Below, piece by piece: positions 15,198-24,303 of a DNA stretch of 53,597 nt (the stretch's first letter is position 1; each line of letters begins with the position of its first letter). This DNA is from Syntrophaceae bacterium. GTDB taxonomy: Bacteria > Desulfobacterota > Syntrophia > Syntrophales > UBA4778. A program made the position numbers and the translations under genes. Under the pieces are notes generated by a model. The model was not told where the DNA came from. It was given only the letters and a program-made list of their open reading frames with translations, and searched no databases. The stretch spans positions 1 to 53,597 of the forward strand of contig JBDKTK010000417.1 in assembly GCA_039680225.1 (NCBI GenBank). Reading direction: 5' to 3'.

Positions 15198-17432
15198 GTG
15201 GACAAAAGAAAATCCAAAATAGAGCTGATCAATGAACTGGCCGAACTGAGGGGCCAGATCCAGGAACTCAAGAAATCAGAAACAGACAGCCTCTTCGAAG
15301 AGGGCCTTTACAAATATCTCGAGAGCAGTTCGAAGGCGGGAATTTACGTTTTGCAGGACGCGAAGTTTCAGTTCGTCAACCACCACGCCGCCAGGTACTG
15401 GGGCTATAACCGGGACGAGCTGATCGGTATGGAATCGATGAGCATTGTCCACCCCGAGGACCGGCTCAAGGTGCGGGAAAACGCGATCAGGATGCTCAAA
15501 GGGAAACGGACATCCCCTTACGAGTTTCGCACCGTGGCGAAAAACGGTGACATCAGATGGCTGACGGAAACAGTCACCCCCATTCATTTCCGGGGCAGGA
15601 GGGCGGTCCTCGGCAATTCAATGGACATAACCCAGCAAATCAAGTCCCGCAACAAGCTTGCGGAACTCGAGGCGCTCGAAGCTTCTATACTCGAAGCCAT
15701 ACCTCATGCCGTAATAGGGCTTCGGAACAGGCGCATAATCTTTGCCAACGACGGCGTCCAGGCGGTCTTCGGCTGGAAAGCAAGGGACCTCATCGGCAAG
15801 AGCACGCGTGTGCTGTACCCGACGGAGGAGGGCTTCGAGGAAATAGCAAAGATGCTCTATTCCACGCTTGAGCGCCAGCGCACTTTCAGCGCCGAATTCA
15901 CATGCAGCCGCAAGGACGGGACCGAAATAAACTGCATGATCAGCGCGTCCCGTATCGGGGAAAGCCTGCAGGACAAGAACATAGTCATCACTTACGAGGA
16001 CATCACAGACCGCCAGCGCGCCGAAGAAGCTTACAAGATGATGGCGGACAGTTCGCAGGCCGGCGTTTACGTGGTTCAGAACGACGTCTTCCAGTTCGTT
16101 AACCACAATGCCGCCCGGTATGCGGGCTACAGCTCCCAGGAGCTTGCCGGGACGAATTCCATGGGCCTCGTCCATCCTGATGATCTGAAGATGGTGCGAA
16201 AAAACGCTATGGCCATGCTGAAAGGCAAGCGCATGGCGCCCTACGAGTTCCGGATAATCACCAAGGACGGCCGCATCCGCTGGATAATGGAGACGGTCAC
16301 CTTCATCCCCTACCGGGGAGCGCGGGCGGTCCTCGGCAATTCGATGGACATCACGGAGCAGTTCGAAGCCCGCAACAAGCTTGCGGAACTTGAAGAGCTT
16401 GAGGCCTCCATTCTCGAAGCAATACCGCACGCGGTAATCGGGCTCAGGGACAGGACAATCATTTTCGCCAACGACGGAGTCCAGGCTGTCTTCGGATGGA
16501 AAGCCGAAGACCTTATCGGCAGGAGCACTCGGCTCTTCTACCCTTCAGACCGGGAGTATGACGAGATAGCAAAGCAGCTTTACTCGACGCTCGAGAAACA
16601 GCGCACCTTCAGCACGGAATTTGTCTGCAGGCGCAAGGATGGCAGCAATATCGAAGTCATGATCAACGCCTCGCGAATCGGGGAAAAACTGAAGGAGCGC
16701 GGGATAGTCATCACCTACCAGGACATCACGGAGCGCAACAAGGCCAAGAACGAGCTGCAGCGGTCCCGGGAGCAGTTGCGCAACCTCTCGGCCCACCTTG
16801 AATCCGCCCGGGAGCAGGAAAGGACCAGGATTGCCCGGGAGCTCCACGATGAGCTGGGACAACTCCTCACCGCGCTCAACACAGATGTGATTCTCCTGAA
16901 CAGGGACATCCCGGAAGAGCAGAAATCGCTTCGGGAGAAGACCGCTTCATTGTCGAATCTCATCGATATGACAATGAAGACGTGCAAGCGGATTTACATG
17001 GACCTGCGGCCCGGCATGCTGGACCACCTGGGGCTTGCAGTCGCCGTCAGCTGGCTTTCGGATGAATTCCAGAAACGGACCGGCATCGCCTGCAAGGTGT
17101 CAATCGACCCTGAGGACATGGTGGTCGACCCGGACCTTTCCACCGCAATCTTCCGCATCTGCCAGGAGACCCTTACGAACGTGCAGCGCCACGCGGAAGC
17201 CACGCGTGTGAAGATTGATATGAAAGCAAAAGATGATCATATTGAACTGAGTGTCAGAGACAATGGAAAAGGCATTACGCAGGAGCAGCTGACCAAGCCC
17301 AACTCGTTCGGCCTGCTCGGCATACAGGAACGGGCGTTGCACTGGGGAGGAGAGGTTAAGATAACCGGCAAGGAAGGTAAGGGGACGTTGATCAAGGTCC
17401 GGATGCCGCTGGCGAAAGGAGCAGTTGTATGA
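15198..17432 (+). CDS. cytoplasmic multi-PAS sensor histidine kinase (HisKA_3 / NarX-DegS type)
   Basis: 744 aa with a GTG start after GGAGAA and no transmembrane segment. It has four PAS-like modules. The HisKA_3 H-box is RIARELHDELGQ, and the HATPase_c motifs are DNGKGI and GLLGIQERA. Confidence 0.85.
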   Translation: MDKRKSKIELINELAELRGQIQELKKSETDSLFEEGLYKYLESSSKAGIYVLQDAKFQFVNHHAARYWGYNRDELIGMESMSIVHPEDRLKVRENAIRMLKGKRTSPYEFRTVAKNGDIRWLTETVTPIHFRGRRAVLGNSMDITQQIKSRNKLAELEALEASILEAIPHAVIGLRNRRIIFANDGVQAVFGWKARDLIGKSTRVLYPTEEGFEEIAKMLYSTLERQRTFSAEFTCSRKDGTEINCMISASRIGESLQDKNIVITYEDITDRQRAEEAYKMMADSSQAGVYVVQNDVFQFVNHNAARYAGYSSQELAGTNSMGLVHPDDLKMVRKNAMAMLKGKRMAPYEFRIITKDGRIRWIMETVTFIPYRGARAVLGNSMDITEQFEARNKLAELEELEASILEAIPHAVIGLRDRTIIFANDGVQAVFGWKAEDLIGRSTRLFYPSDREYDEIAKQLYSTLEKQRTFSTEFVCRRKDGSNIEVMINASRIGEKLKERGIVITYQDITERNKAKNELQRSREQLRNLSAHLESAREQERTRIARELHDELGQLLTALNTDVILLNRDIPEEQKSLREKTASLSNLIDMTMKTCKRIYMDLRPGMLDHLGLAVAVSWLSDEFQKRTGIACKVSIDPEDMVVDPDLSTAIFRICQETLTNVQRHAEATRVKIDMKAKDDHIELSVRDNGKGITQEQLTKPNSFGLLGIQERALHWGGEVKITGKEGKGTLIKVRMPLAKGAVV
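15336..16781 (+). repeat. internal tandem duplication (2 x 723 bp = 2 x 241 aa, each a double-PAS unit) inside the kinase gene
   Basis: AGIYVLQDAKFQFVNHHAARYWGY...NKLAELEALEASILEAIPHAVIGLRNRRIIFANDGVQAVFGWKA is repeated. The second copy reads AGVYVVQNDVFQFVNHNAARYAGY...NKLAELEELEASILEAIPHAVIGLRDRTIIFANDGVQAVFGWKA. The period measured from the sequence is 723 nt. Confidence 0.85.
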
Positions 17433-18067
17433 AAAAAGTCAGAATCCTGATTGCGGATGATCACCCGATAGTCAGGGAGGGTTACAAGAAGATTCTCATG
17501 GACATGCCCGACTTGGTTGTTTCCGATGAGGCCGGCAACGGGCAGGAGGTGCTTAACCTTGTCCGGAAGAAGGATTATGACCTCATCCTCCTGGACATCT
17601 CGATGCCCGGGCGCAATGGGCTGGAGATACTCAAGGACCTGAAAGAGGAAAAACCCAAACTGCCGGTCATGATCCTCAGCATCTATCCCGAAGAGCAGTA
17701 TGCCGTCAGGGCGTTCAGGGCGGGCGCTTCGGGTTACCTTACCAAGGCGAGCGCTCCGACCGAGCTGATATCCGCTATCCGGAAGATCTCCCAGGGCGGC
17801 AGGTACATCAGCTCCTCCATGGCGGAAAAGCTCACATATTATTTTGATGCCGATACATTGAAGCCGCCCCATGAAAACCTCTCCGACCGGGAGTACCAGG
17901 TAATGCTGATGATTGCTTCGGGTAAAACTGTCAAGGAGATAGGTGAGGAGTTATTCCTCAGCGTCAAGACAATCAGCACATACAGGACCCACATCCTGGA
18001 AAAGATGAAGCTGAAAAACAACGCGGAAATCACCCTCTACGCTATCCAGAATAAGCTCGTTGGCTGA
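17429..18067 (+). CDS. LuxR/NarL-family response regulator (REC + HTH_LuxR)
   Basis: 212 aa with RILIADDHPIVREG, the phospho-acceptor context LILLDISMPG, and the C-terminal LSDREYQVMLMIASGKTVKEIGEELFLSVKTISTYR. ATGA overlap with the kinase stop. Confidence 0.9.
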   Translation: MKKVRILIADDHPIVREGYKKILMDMPDLVVSDEAGNGQEVLNLVRKKDYDLILLDISMPGRNGLEILKDLKEEKPKLPVMILSIYPEEQYAVRAFRAGASGYLTKASAPTELISAIRKISQGGRYISSSMAEKLTYYFDADTLKPPHENLSDREYQVMLMIASGKTVKEIGEELFLSVKTISTYRTHILEKMKLKNNAEITLYAIQNKLVG

Positions 18068-18082
18068 TTTTTGTTCTTTTGC

Positions 18083-18113
18083 AGGGGCGGCCGGCCGGTC
18101 GCCCTTTCTTTTT
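18083..18113 (+). terminator. rho-independent terminator after the response regulator
   Basis: The hairpin GGGGCGGCC-GGCC-GGTCGCCC is followed by TTTCTTTTT. Confidence 0.6.
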
Positions 18114-18281
18114 AATATTATTCCCGGCTCATAGGAGAAACACCGATGCCGGGGACAAATCCAGTCCTAAAAGGATAAACTTTCCGTCTTAACCGCAATT
18201 CGGACGCTCGCCGATTTTCTCCTGAAGCAGCCTGCAATAGATTGTACTCGAAAAAAGAAAAGGCCCGCAGGAGGAGCCAAA

Positions 18282-18392
18282 ATGCTGAAAGCGAGAATCG
18301 GACACAGAACAGAATTCAATCCCAAGATGGATGAAATTTTAGGACTGAAGAAAGACAGGATCTGGAACGATCCTACGAGCCGCGCTCGTTAA
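18282..18392 (+). CDS. small ORF d (36 aa), MLKARIGHRTEFNPKMDEILGLKKDRIWNDPTSRAR
   Basis: Hand-translated, with a strong SD GGAGGAG 7 nt upstream. It contains I-W-N-D-P-T-S, which resembles L-W-V-D-P-T-C of peptide c. Confidence 0.4.
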   Translation: MLKARIGHRTEFNPKMDEILGLKKDRIWNDPTSRAR

Positions 18393-18559
18393 AGTCTTTT
18401 TTCTATATAGAGAGCCGATTTCAGTAGGTCCTCGGTCGGAGCTCTCCGATAGATTACGGAGGGCAATCCTTTTTCACCTGTGGCGGGGCTTCAAAACCCC
18501 GCCATCGGCTCCCTCCTCAAGACAAGGCGGGCTGAAAATAAAACAGGGAGGTGATAAGA

Positions 18560-18661
18560 ATGGCCAAGTTAAGGAGCAAAACCAATAAACCAGGGATCAA
18601 GGAACTGGACGAGATTAAAAGAGAGACTATCGCCTGCATCATCGGCAATGAAGTCCCCTGA
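18560..18661 (+). CDS. small ORF (33 aa), MAKLRSKTNKPGIKELDEIKRETIACIIGNEVP
   Basis: Hand-translated, with SD GGGAGGTG 8 nt upstream. It is followed by a hairpin (AGCCCC...GGGGCT) plus a T-run at about 18683-18720, and preceded by a structured leader. Confidence 0.4.
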   Translation: MAKLRSKTNKPGIKELDEIKRETIACIIGNEVP

Positions 18662-18977
18662 ACAGAATGCCGCTTTAAAAAGTGAGCCCCTGGCCCTTGC
18701 GGGCGGGGGCTTTTGTTTTATGCCTTTCCTCCTCTATTGTCGTTTCAAGCAGTTCTTCCGATATCCTGTCTTTTTTTCTCTTGAATTTCGGGAACCAGAC
18801 CCGCGTAAAAAATCTCTCCAGAAACTTCCTCCACAATACCGTCATGGCCCTTGCCTTTCGAAACAGCAAAAATTTTTGAATATTGTTTCTGAAAAAAACG
18901 GGTAATCGTAGCCGCAGGAGACTCTCTCGGCAATATAGTCATATTGAGGGGTTTTTAGACAAAAAAACCCTCAATAC

Positions 18978-19241
18978 TTATCTGCCAAGCCGTGCGTTCC
19001 TGTAATAAAGCAGGACGTCCGTGAGCACCAGGGCTCCGTTGAGCGCATAGAGGTAAATGACATAATCGAAATTATAGAAAATCTTGTGAAATACGCCGGC
19101 GACGTAACCTGTCAGGACGACATAAAGAAAGGCCACGCTCTTCCCGGCATTGGATTTCGATTTATAAGAGCGATAAATCGAAAAAGGCCAGGCGGCCCCG
19201 AAGCAGACAAGCATAATTATTTCGAAGATACTGAACGACAT
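18978..19241 (-). CDS. PQ-loop / SemiSWEET-like small membrane protein
   Basis: 87 aa with three hydrophobic helices. AAWPFSIYRSYKSKSNAGKSVAF aligns by eye with the APQ..K....R...G.S motif of bacterial SemiSWEETs. A hairpin follows the stop at 18944-18975. Confidence 0.5.
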   Translation of the reverse strand: MSFSIFEIIMLVCFGAAWPFSIYRSYKSKSNAGKSVAFLYVVLTGYVAGVFHKIFYNFDYVIYLYALNGALVLTDVLLYYRNARLGR

Positions 19242-19298
19242 GGGGCGGCAATATAAAAAATAATTTGCCTTCTGTCAAAACGAGATTTTCCCGCCCGC

Positions 19299-21896
19299 TT
19301 AGAGCTTGGCTCCCCTGAGCCTGAGCGCGTTGGCGATGACCGAAACGGAACTGAAGCTCATTGCCGCCGCGGCGATCATCGGGCTGAGCAGCAGACCCGT
19401 AAAGGGATAAAGTATTCCCGCGGCAACCGGGATGCCGAGCGCATTGTACACGAACGCAAAGAAGAGGTTCTGCCTGATGTTGCGCATGGTGGCCCGGGAA
19501 AGCTTTATGGACCGTACAATACCGACGAGGTCCCCTTTGACCAGGGTCACGCCCGCGCTTGCCATCGCGACGTCCGTGCCCGTTCCCATCGCGATTCCGA
19601 CGTGGGCCTGGGCGAGCGCCGGCGCATCGTTTATTCCATCCCCCGCCATGGCCACGGTGCGGCCCTCGGCCTGCAATCGTTTTACCTCTTCGGCTTTCCG
19701 GTCGGGGAGCACTTCCGCCGTGAAGTCGTCGATGCCGAGTCTCGCCGCCACGGACCTGGCTGTCGTCGAACTGTCGCCCGTGATCATGACGACCTTCACA
19801 CCCTCCTCATGGAGCTGCCGGATGGCGTCAGGGGTGGATTCCTTTATGGGGTCGGATACGCCGAGGAGGCCGGCGGGCCTGCCGTCGACAGCGAGAAACA
19901 TGACCGTTCTGCCCTGCTGCCGCATTTCCTCGGCTTTTACCGCCGCTGCCCCGAAATCCATCCCGAGCGAATCCAGCAGGGATTTATTGCCGAGGGCTGC
20001 CGGGCGCCCCTCGACTTTGCCTGCCACCCCTTTTCCGGTGATGGACTGGAAAGATTCGGTTTCTGCCGGCATTATGTCCTTTTCCGCTGCTCCGCCCGCA
20101 ATGGCTGATGCAAGGGGGTGCTCGCTCCCCAGCTCCAGGCTCGCAGCGTAAAAGAGAACAGACTGCTCATCAAATCCCTGTAAAGGCACGATATCGGTCA
20201 GCCTGGGCTTTCCCACCGTCAGTGTGCCGGTCTTGTCGATTACGAGCGTGTCGACCTTCTGCATTATTTCTATCGCTTCGGCGTTTTTGAAAAGGACTCC
20301 CGCCGTCGCGCCTTTCCCCGCGGCGACCATTATTGACATGGGAGTTGCAAGGCCCAAGGCGCAAGGGCAGGCAATTATAAGGACTGCAACAGCATTGATA
20401 ATCGCGTACGCCATCCGGGGCTCCGGTCCCAGAAGGGCCCAGGCAATAAATGTAATCACTGCAGCCGCAAGGACCCCTTGCACGAAATACGCGGCGACAA
20501 TGTCCACCATGCGCTGGATGGGCGCGCGACTCCTCTGGGCTTCGGCAACCATCTGGACGATGCGCGCCAGCAGCGTTTCGGAGCCGATTTTTTCGGCCCG
20601 CATCACGATGGAACCCGTCCCGTTGACCGTCGCCCCGATAACCTTGTCGCCTGGTGCTTTGGCTGCCGGAATCGGTTCGCCTGTCACCATGGATTCGTCC
20701 ACCGAACTGGAACCTTCGATCACTGTCCCGTCCACGGGGATCTTTTCTCCGGGCCTGATCCTTAATTTATCGCCATGGGTGACATCAGAAAGGGGGATAT
20801 CGTTTTCCGTGCCGTCCTGGTTTATGCGCCGGGCAGTATTGGGGGCCAGACCCAGGAGGGCCCTGATTGCCGCCCCCGCCCGCCCCCTGGCCCGCAATTC
20901 AAGGACCTGGCCGAAGAGGACCAGCGTGGTAATGACGGCAGCTGCCTCGAAATACGTTCCGACTTCCCCGTCCATTCCGCGGAAAGAGGGAGGGAAAAGG
21001 AAAGGGAAGAAGACCGAGATGACACTGTAGAGATAAGAAACGCTTACCCCGATGCCGATCAGGGTGAACATATTAAGGCTGCGGTTCAGGATGGATTCCC
21101 AGCCCCTCGCCAGAAGCGGCCATCCGCCCCAGAGGACGACAGGAGTGGCCAGGACGAGCTCGGCCCATTTCAGGGTTTTTACCGAAATGAAATTCTCCAG
21201 GTGCAGGCCCGGGATAAGGTCCCTCATCGCGACCAGGACAAGGGGGATCGACAGAATCGCCGAAATCCGGAACCGGCGCGTCATGTCCACAAGCTCGGGG
21301 TTCTCCTCTTCGAGCATAATGGTGCGCGGCTCAAGGGCCATGCCGCATATCGGGCAGCTCCCCGGCTCGTCCCGGATTATCTCCGGGTGCATGGGACAGG
21401 TCCACTCTGTCCTGATCTGCGGTCCGGCCGGAAGCATTGGCTCCAGGGCCATACCGCATTCGGGGCAGGAGCCCGGACCGGTCTTCTGCACTTCGGGATG
21501 CATCGGGCAGGTATAGATGCGTTCATCTTTCCCGGTGGCCTTCGGCTCGGGTTTCTTTTCCAGGTACTTATCCGGTTCCTTCCGGAAGCGTTCGAGGCAG
21601 CGAGGGTTACAGAAATAATATATCGTGCCCTTGTATTCGTATCTCAGGGCGTCCGGCGTAATCTCCACGTCCATCCCGCAGACAGGGTCTTTGGCCGTTT
21701 TGACAGCCGGTTTATCTTTAGCAAGGTATTTCTCGGGGTCCTCCCGGAAGCGTTCCAGGCACCTCTGACAGCAGAAATAATACGTTTTCCCGTGGTAATC
21801 GTAATGCGGCGCGCCGGGTGTCATTTTCACCGACATCCCGCAGACTGGATCCCTGGCGCTCTTGAAGCTGTCCTTGAAGATATTCTCTTTATCCAT
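19299..21896 (-). CDS. copA: heavy-metal (copper-type) translocating P1B-type ATPase with 2x YHS/TRASH and 2x YTCPMHP-type N-terminal metal-binding repeats
   Basis: Start placed at ATG 21896 (MDKENIF). Motifs present are DPVCGM...YYFC..RCLERF (twice), (Y/W)TCPMHPE...GSCP.CGMALEP (twice), the transmembrane CPC motif ([11 protein letters not shown]), DKTGTLT and [10 protein letters not shown]. Confidence 0.9.
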   Translation of the reverse strand: MDKENIFKDSFKSARDPVCGMSVKMTPGAPHYDYHGKTYYFCCQRCLERFREDPEKYLAKDKPAVKTAKDPVCGMDVEITPDALRYEYKGTIYYFCNPRCLERFRKEPDKYLEKKPEPKATGKDERIYTCPMHPEVQKTGPGSCPECGMALEPMLPAGPQIRTEWTCPMHPEIIRDEPGSCPICGMALEPRTIMLEEENPELVDMTRRFRISAILSIPLVLVAMRDLIPGLHLENFISVKTLKWAELVLATPVVLWGGWPLLARGWESILNRSLNMFTLIGIGVSVSYLYSVISVFFPFLFPPSFRGMDGEVGTYFEAAAVITTLVLFGQVLELRARGRAGAAIRALLGLAPNTARRINQDGTENDIPLSDVTHGDKLRIRPGEKIPVDGTVIEGSSSVDESMVTGEPIPAAKAPGDKVIGATVNGTGSIVMRAEKIGSETLLARIVQMVAEAQRSRAPIQRMVDIVAAYFVQGVLAAAVITFIAWALLGPEPRMAYAIINAVAVLIIACPCALGLATPMSIMVAAGKGATAGVLFKNAEAIEIMQKVDTLVIDKTGTLTVGKPRLTDIVPLQGFDEQSVLFYAASLELGSEHPLASAIAGGAAEKDIMPAETESFQSITGKGVAGKVEGRPAALGNKSLLDSLGMDFGAAAVKAEEMRQQGRTVMFLAVDGRPAGLLGVSDPIKESTPDAIRQLHEEGVKVVMITGDSSTTARSVAARLGIDDFTAEVLPDRKAEEVKRLQAEGRTVAMAGDGINDAPALAQAHVGIAMGTGTDVAMASAGVTLVKGDLVGIVRSIKLSRATMRNIRQNLFFAFVYNALGIPVAAGILYPFTGLLLSPMIAAAAMSFSSVSVIANALRLRGAKL

Positions 21897-22043
21897 AATT
21901 TGTCCGTTTTCCTTATAAGTTAAGCATAATAAGAGGGTTTGCAAGGACAATTACAGGAGGAAACAGGCCAAATGAATAAAAAACTGGCACATTTGTGAAT
22001 TAGAGTTATTATGCTGATCGGACTAAAAATAGAGGAGGCAGAT

Positions 22044-22841
22044 ATGACCAACCAGGAACTCAATAAGAAAATAGAGCAGTATATCCGTCCCCTTACATTT
22101 CCAGTAGCAATCAGGATTTCCTCCGGAAAAGACATCCCGGAAGGCTTTCGCCGTCCGACCGCCCTCCTGGGACACCGGATAAACATCTGCCAGGGCGTGA
22201 ACATGGCCCGCAGGTACGGGTGGAACCTCGGTTTTGTCCATGAGGACATGGCCTGCCCGCTGTCGATACCGATTTTCGGGTTCTGCGACGACCCGGATTT
22301 CGTAACGAGGGGAGAAATAATATATCCGGACTTCACCTGCTCCCTCGAAGCGGCGCAGAAAACACAGGCCATGCAGCCGAAGGCGCCTGTCGGCTCGATC
22401 GGGAGCATTCTTGTCGCGCCCTTGAGCAGGTCCGATTTTGAGCCCGACCTGGTGCTCGTGTACGGCAGCCCCGCCCAGGTCGTCAGGCTTGTGCAGGGCG
22501 CTTTATATAAGGAAGGCGGAGCCATTGAATCCCGTTTTTCGGGAAGGTGCGCCTGTGCCCAGGAATTCATCAATCCTTATCTCAGCGGAAAATGCAACGT
22601 GATTATCCCGGCACAGGGCGAAAGGCTCTTTGCCATGACCGCTGATGACGAACTGGTCTTTTCCATTCCGCGCGGGCAATTGGAAAACGTCATTGAAGGG
22701 GTTGAGGTGACTCACAAGCGGGGGGTATCGAGGATGCCGACCCCGTTCTTCGGGTTAAGGATGGAGCCGGAGTTCCCCAAGCGGTACCAGGAACTGGCGG
22801 AATTCTGCGGGATAGAGAAGAAGTCCCTTCCCGAAAAATAG
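22044..22841 (+). CDS. DUF169 domain-containing protein
   Basis: Start placed at ATG 22044, after the SD AGGAGG. The pattern of conserved Cys/Gly residues and PDLVLVYGSPAQVVRLVQ fits my memory of DUF169 (COG2043). Confidence 0.65.
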   Translation: MTNQELNKKIEQYIRPLTFPVAIRISSGKDIPEGFRRPTALLGHRINICQGVNMARRYGWNLGFVHEDMACPLSIPIFGFCDDPDFVTRGEIIYPDFTCSLEAAQKTQAMQPKAPVGSIGSILVAPLSRSDFEPDLVLVYGSPAQVVRLVQGALYKEGGAIESRFSGRCACAQEFINPYLSGKCNVIIPAQGERLFAMTADDELVFSIPRGQLENVIEGVEVTHKRGVSRMPTPFFGLRMEPEFPKRYQELAEFCGIEKKSLPEK

Positions 22842-22887
22842 CCGGCCTGTTTCATGGTGAGACTTTAAGAATTACGGCCGAACGAAG

Positions 22888-24291
22888 ATGGACATTTTAT
22901 ACCGGATAAGAAAAATAAAGGAGGCCCTGAACGCTTACGCTGTATGGCGGGACATGAGGGCCCGTGAGAGTTGGAGCCGGGAGCAGTTGTTGGCTTACCA
23001 GCAAAGGAAACTCGACGCCCTGGTCCGGCATGCCGTGGATAGATCGCCCTTTTACAAGGAATTTTATAAAGGGCTGGACCTGAATGGCAGCCAAATAGAC
23101 ATTAAGAGCCTCCCCATACTGACGAAAAAATCGGTAATGGATAACTTCGACCGGTTTGTCACGGACCGCAAGGTTACGCTTTCATCAGTTTACAGCCACA
23201 TGGACCAGCTCAATGCCGACCAGTATTACCGGGGCAGGTACAGGGTCCTTACGACAGCCGGCAGCAGCGGCCTGAAAGGGGTCTTCATTTATAACCGCCT
23301 GGCCTGGAGCACGATTTTAGCGGCAGTGATGCGGGCCGGCACCTTTATGGGTGTTTCGCCGTACAGGCGGATGCGCATCGGTTCCATCGGCAGCTCAAGC
23401 CCGCTGAACCTGAGCTACAGGCGGGCCCTGGGCATGGATTTCGGCCTCCACAAAGTCCAACGCCTGCTCGTGACATCTCCCCTTGAGCAGCTTGTTGCAG
23501 ACATGAACGGATTTCAGCCGCAGTATATCCATGCGTATCCGTCAATCGCCACCCTCCTTGCCGAAGAGCAGCTCGAGGGGAAGCTCAAAATCAAGCCCGA
23601 ATACCTGCTTACCGGAGGGGAACTGGTCACGGAGGCGATGAGGAGTGTTATTCGCCGGGCCTGGGGCATCAGGCCGTTCCAGTCCTATAGCGCAACCGAA
23701 GGCTTGCTGTCCGTTGAGTGCGACCACCACCGGGGCATTCACCTTTTTGACGACTTATGCATTGTCGAGGTCGTCGATGACGAAAACCGCCCTGTCCCCG
23801 ACGGCGTACCGGGGCGGAAAATACTGTTGACCAATCTCTTCCAGTTCCGGGAGCCCCTTATCCGTTATGAAATATCGGACAGGATCTGCATCGACCCGGA
23901 ACCCTGCAGCTGCGGCCGGCCTTTTCGCCTCATCAGCGCCATTATCGGCCGCAATGACGATATCTTTTACCTGGAGGGGACCTCCGGCGAGCCTGCCCCC
24001 GTGCACCCCCTTAATTTTCATTCTGTCCTGGCGCCTTTAACGAATATTGAAGAGTACCAGGTCGTCCTGGGCGATGAGAGCATCATCATTCTGGTCGTTC
24101 CCAAAGGCGGTTGGAATGCGGCCGCAAGCGACAATGTCACGGCGGGGATAAGGAATATGCTTATGGGGTTGAACATAAAGCCCCCCCGGGTCCTGGTGAA
24201 GACTGTAGACAGAATGGAGCGGGACGACAGGCATATGGGGAAGATGGTGATTATTTCGCAGGAGTTGGAAGGCAGGACGTTTGGATCATGA
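22888..24291 (+). CDS. phenylacetate-CoA ligase family / coenzyme F390 synthetase-like adenylate-forming enzyme
   Basis: 467 aa. The N-terminal WSREQLLAYQQRKLDALVRHAVDRSPFYKEFY and the P-loop-like TTAGSSGLKG are typical of the PaaK/CapK/F390-synthetase clade. Confidence 0.65.
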   Translation: MDILYRIRKIKEALNAYAVWRDMRARESWSREQLLAYQQRKLDALVRHAVDRSPFYKEFYKGLDLNGSQIDIKSLPILTKKSVMDNFDRFVTDRKVTLSSVYSHMDQLNADQYYRGRYRVLTTAGSSGLKGVFIYNRLAWSTILAAVMRAGTFMGVSPYRRMRIGSIGSSSPLNLSYRRALGMDFGLHKVQRLLVTSPLEQLVADMNGFQPQYIHAYPSIATLLAEEQLEGKLKIKPEYLLTGGELVTEAMRSVIRRAWGIRPFQSYSATEGLLSVECDHHRGIHLFDDLCIVEVVDDENRPVPDGVPGRKILLTNLFQFREPLIRYEISDRICIDPEPCSCGRPFRLISAIIGRNDDIFYLEGTSGEPAPVHPLNFHSVLAPLTNIEEYQVVLGDESIIILVVPKGGWNAAASDNVTAGIRNMLMGLNIKPPRVLVKTVDRMERDDRHMGKMVIISQELEGRTFGS

Positions 24292-24303
24292 TAGTTTGTC
24301 TCT

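Noticed and set aside
18130-18166. 10-codon mini-ORF MPGTNPVLKG with the SD AGGAGA.
   Set aside because: It is too short and featureless to support, and could be a chance occurrence.
18745-18942. Minus-strand 65-aa ORF (MTILPRESPAATITRFFQKQYSKIF...). Deleting one A from the A7 run at about 18767 would extend it into the frame of ORF 18675..18869 (…EKKDRISEELLETTIEEERHK…), so it could be a frameshifted small gene.
   Set aside because: There is no SD, since the upstream sequence is the terminator hairpin of the PQ-loop gene. I recognise no family motif, and the extension would run through a terminator hairpin. The evidence is too weak to call a pseudogene.
18068-18977. The 0.9-kb gene-poor region was checked for tmRNA, RNase P RNA, SRP RNA, tRNA and CRISPR repeats.
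   Set aside because: None of the hallmark sequences I know is present (tmRNA 5' GGGGCUGA..., RNase P GGAGGAAAGUCCGGGC, SRP GGUCCGGAAGGAAGCAGCC). There is no periodic repeat either. Only small ORFs and hairpins are present.
21975-21995. TGGCAC-containing sequence (TGGCACATTTGTGAAT) upstream of the DUF169 gene, considered as a sigma54 -24/-12 promoter.
   Set aside because: The -12 position carries AA instead of the essential GC at the correct GG-N10-GC spacing.
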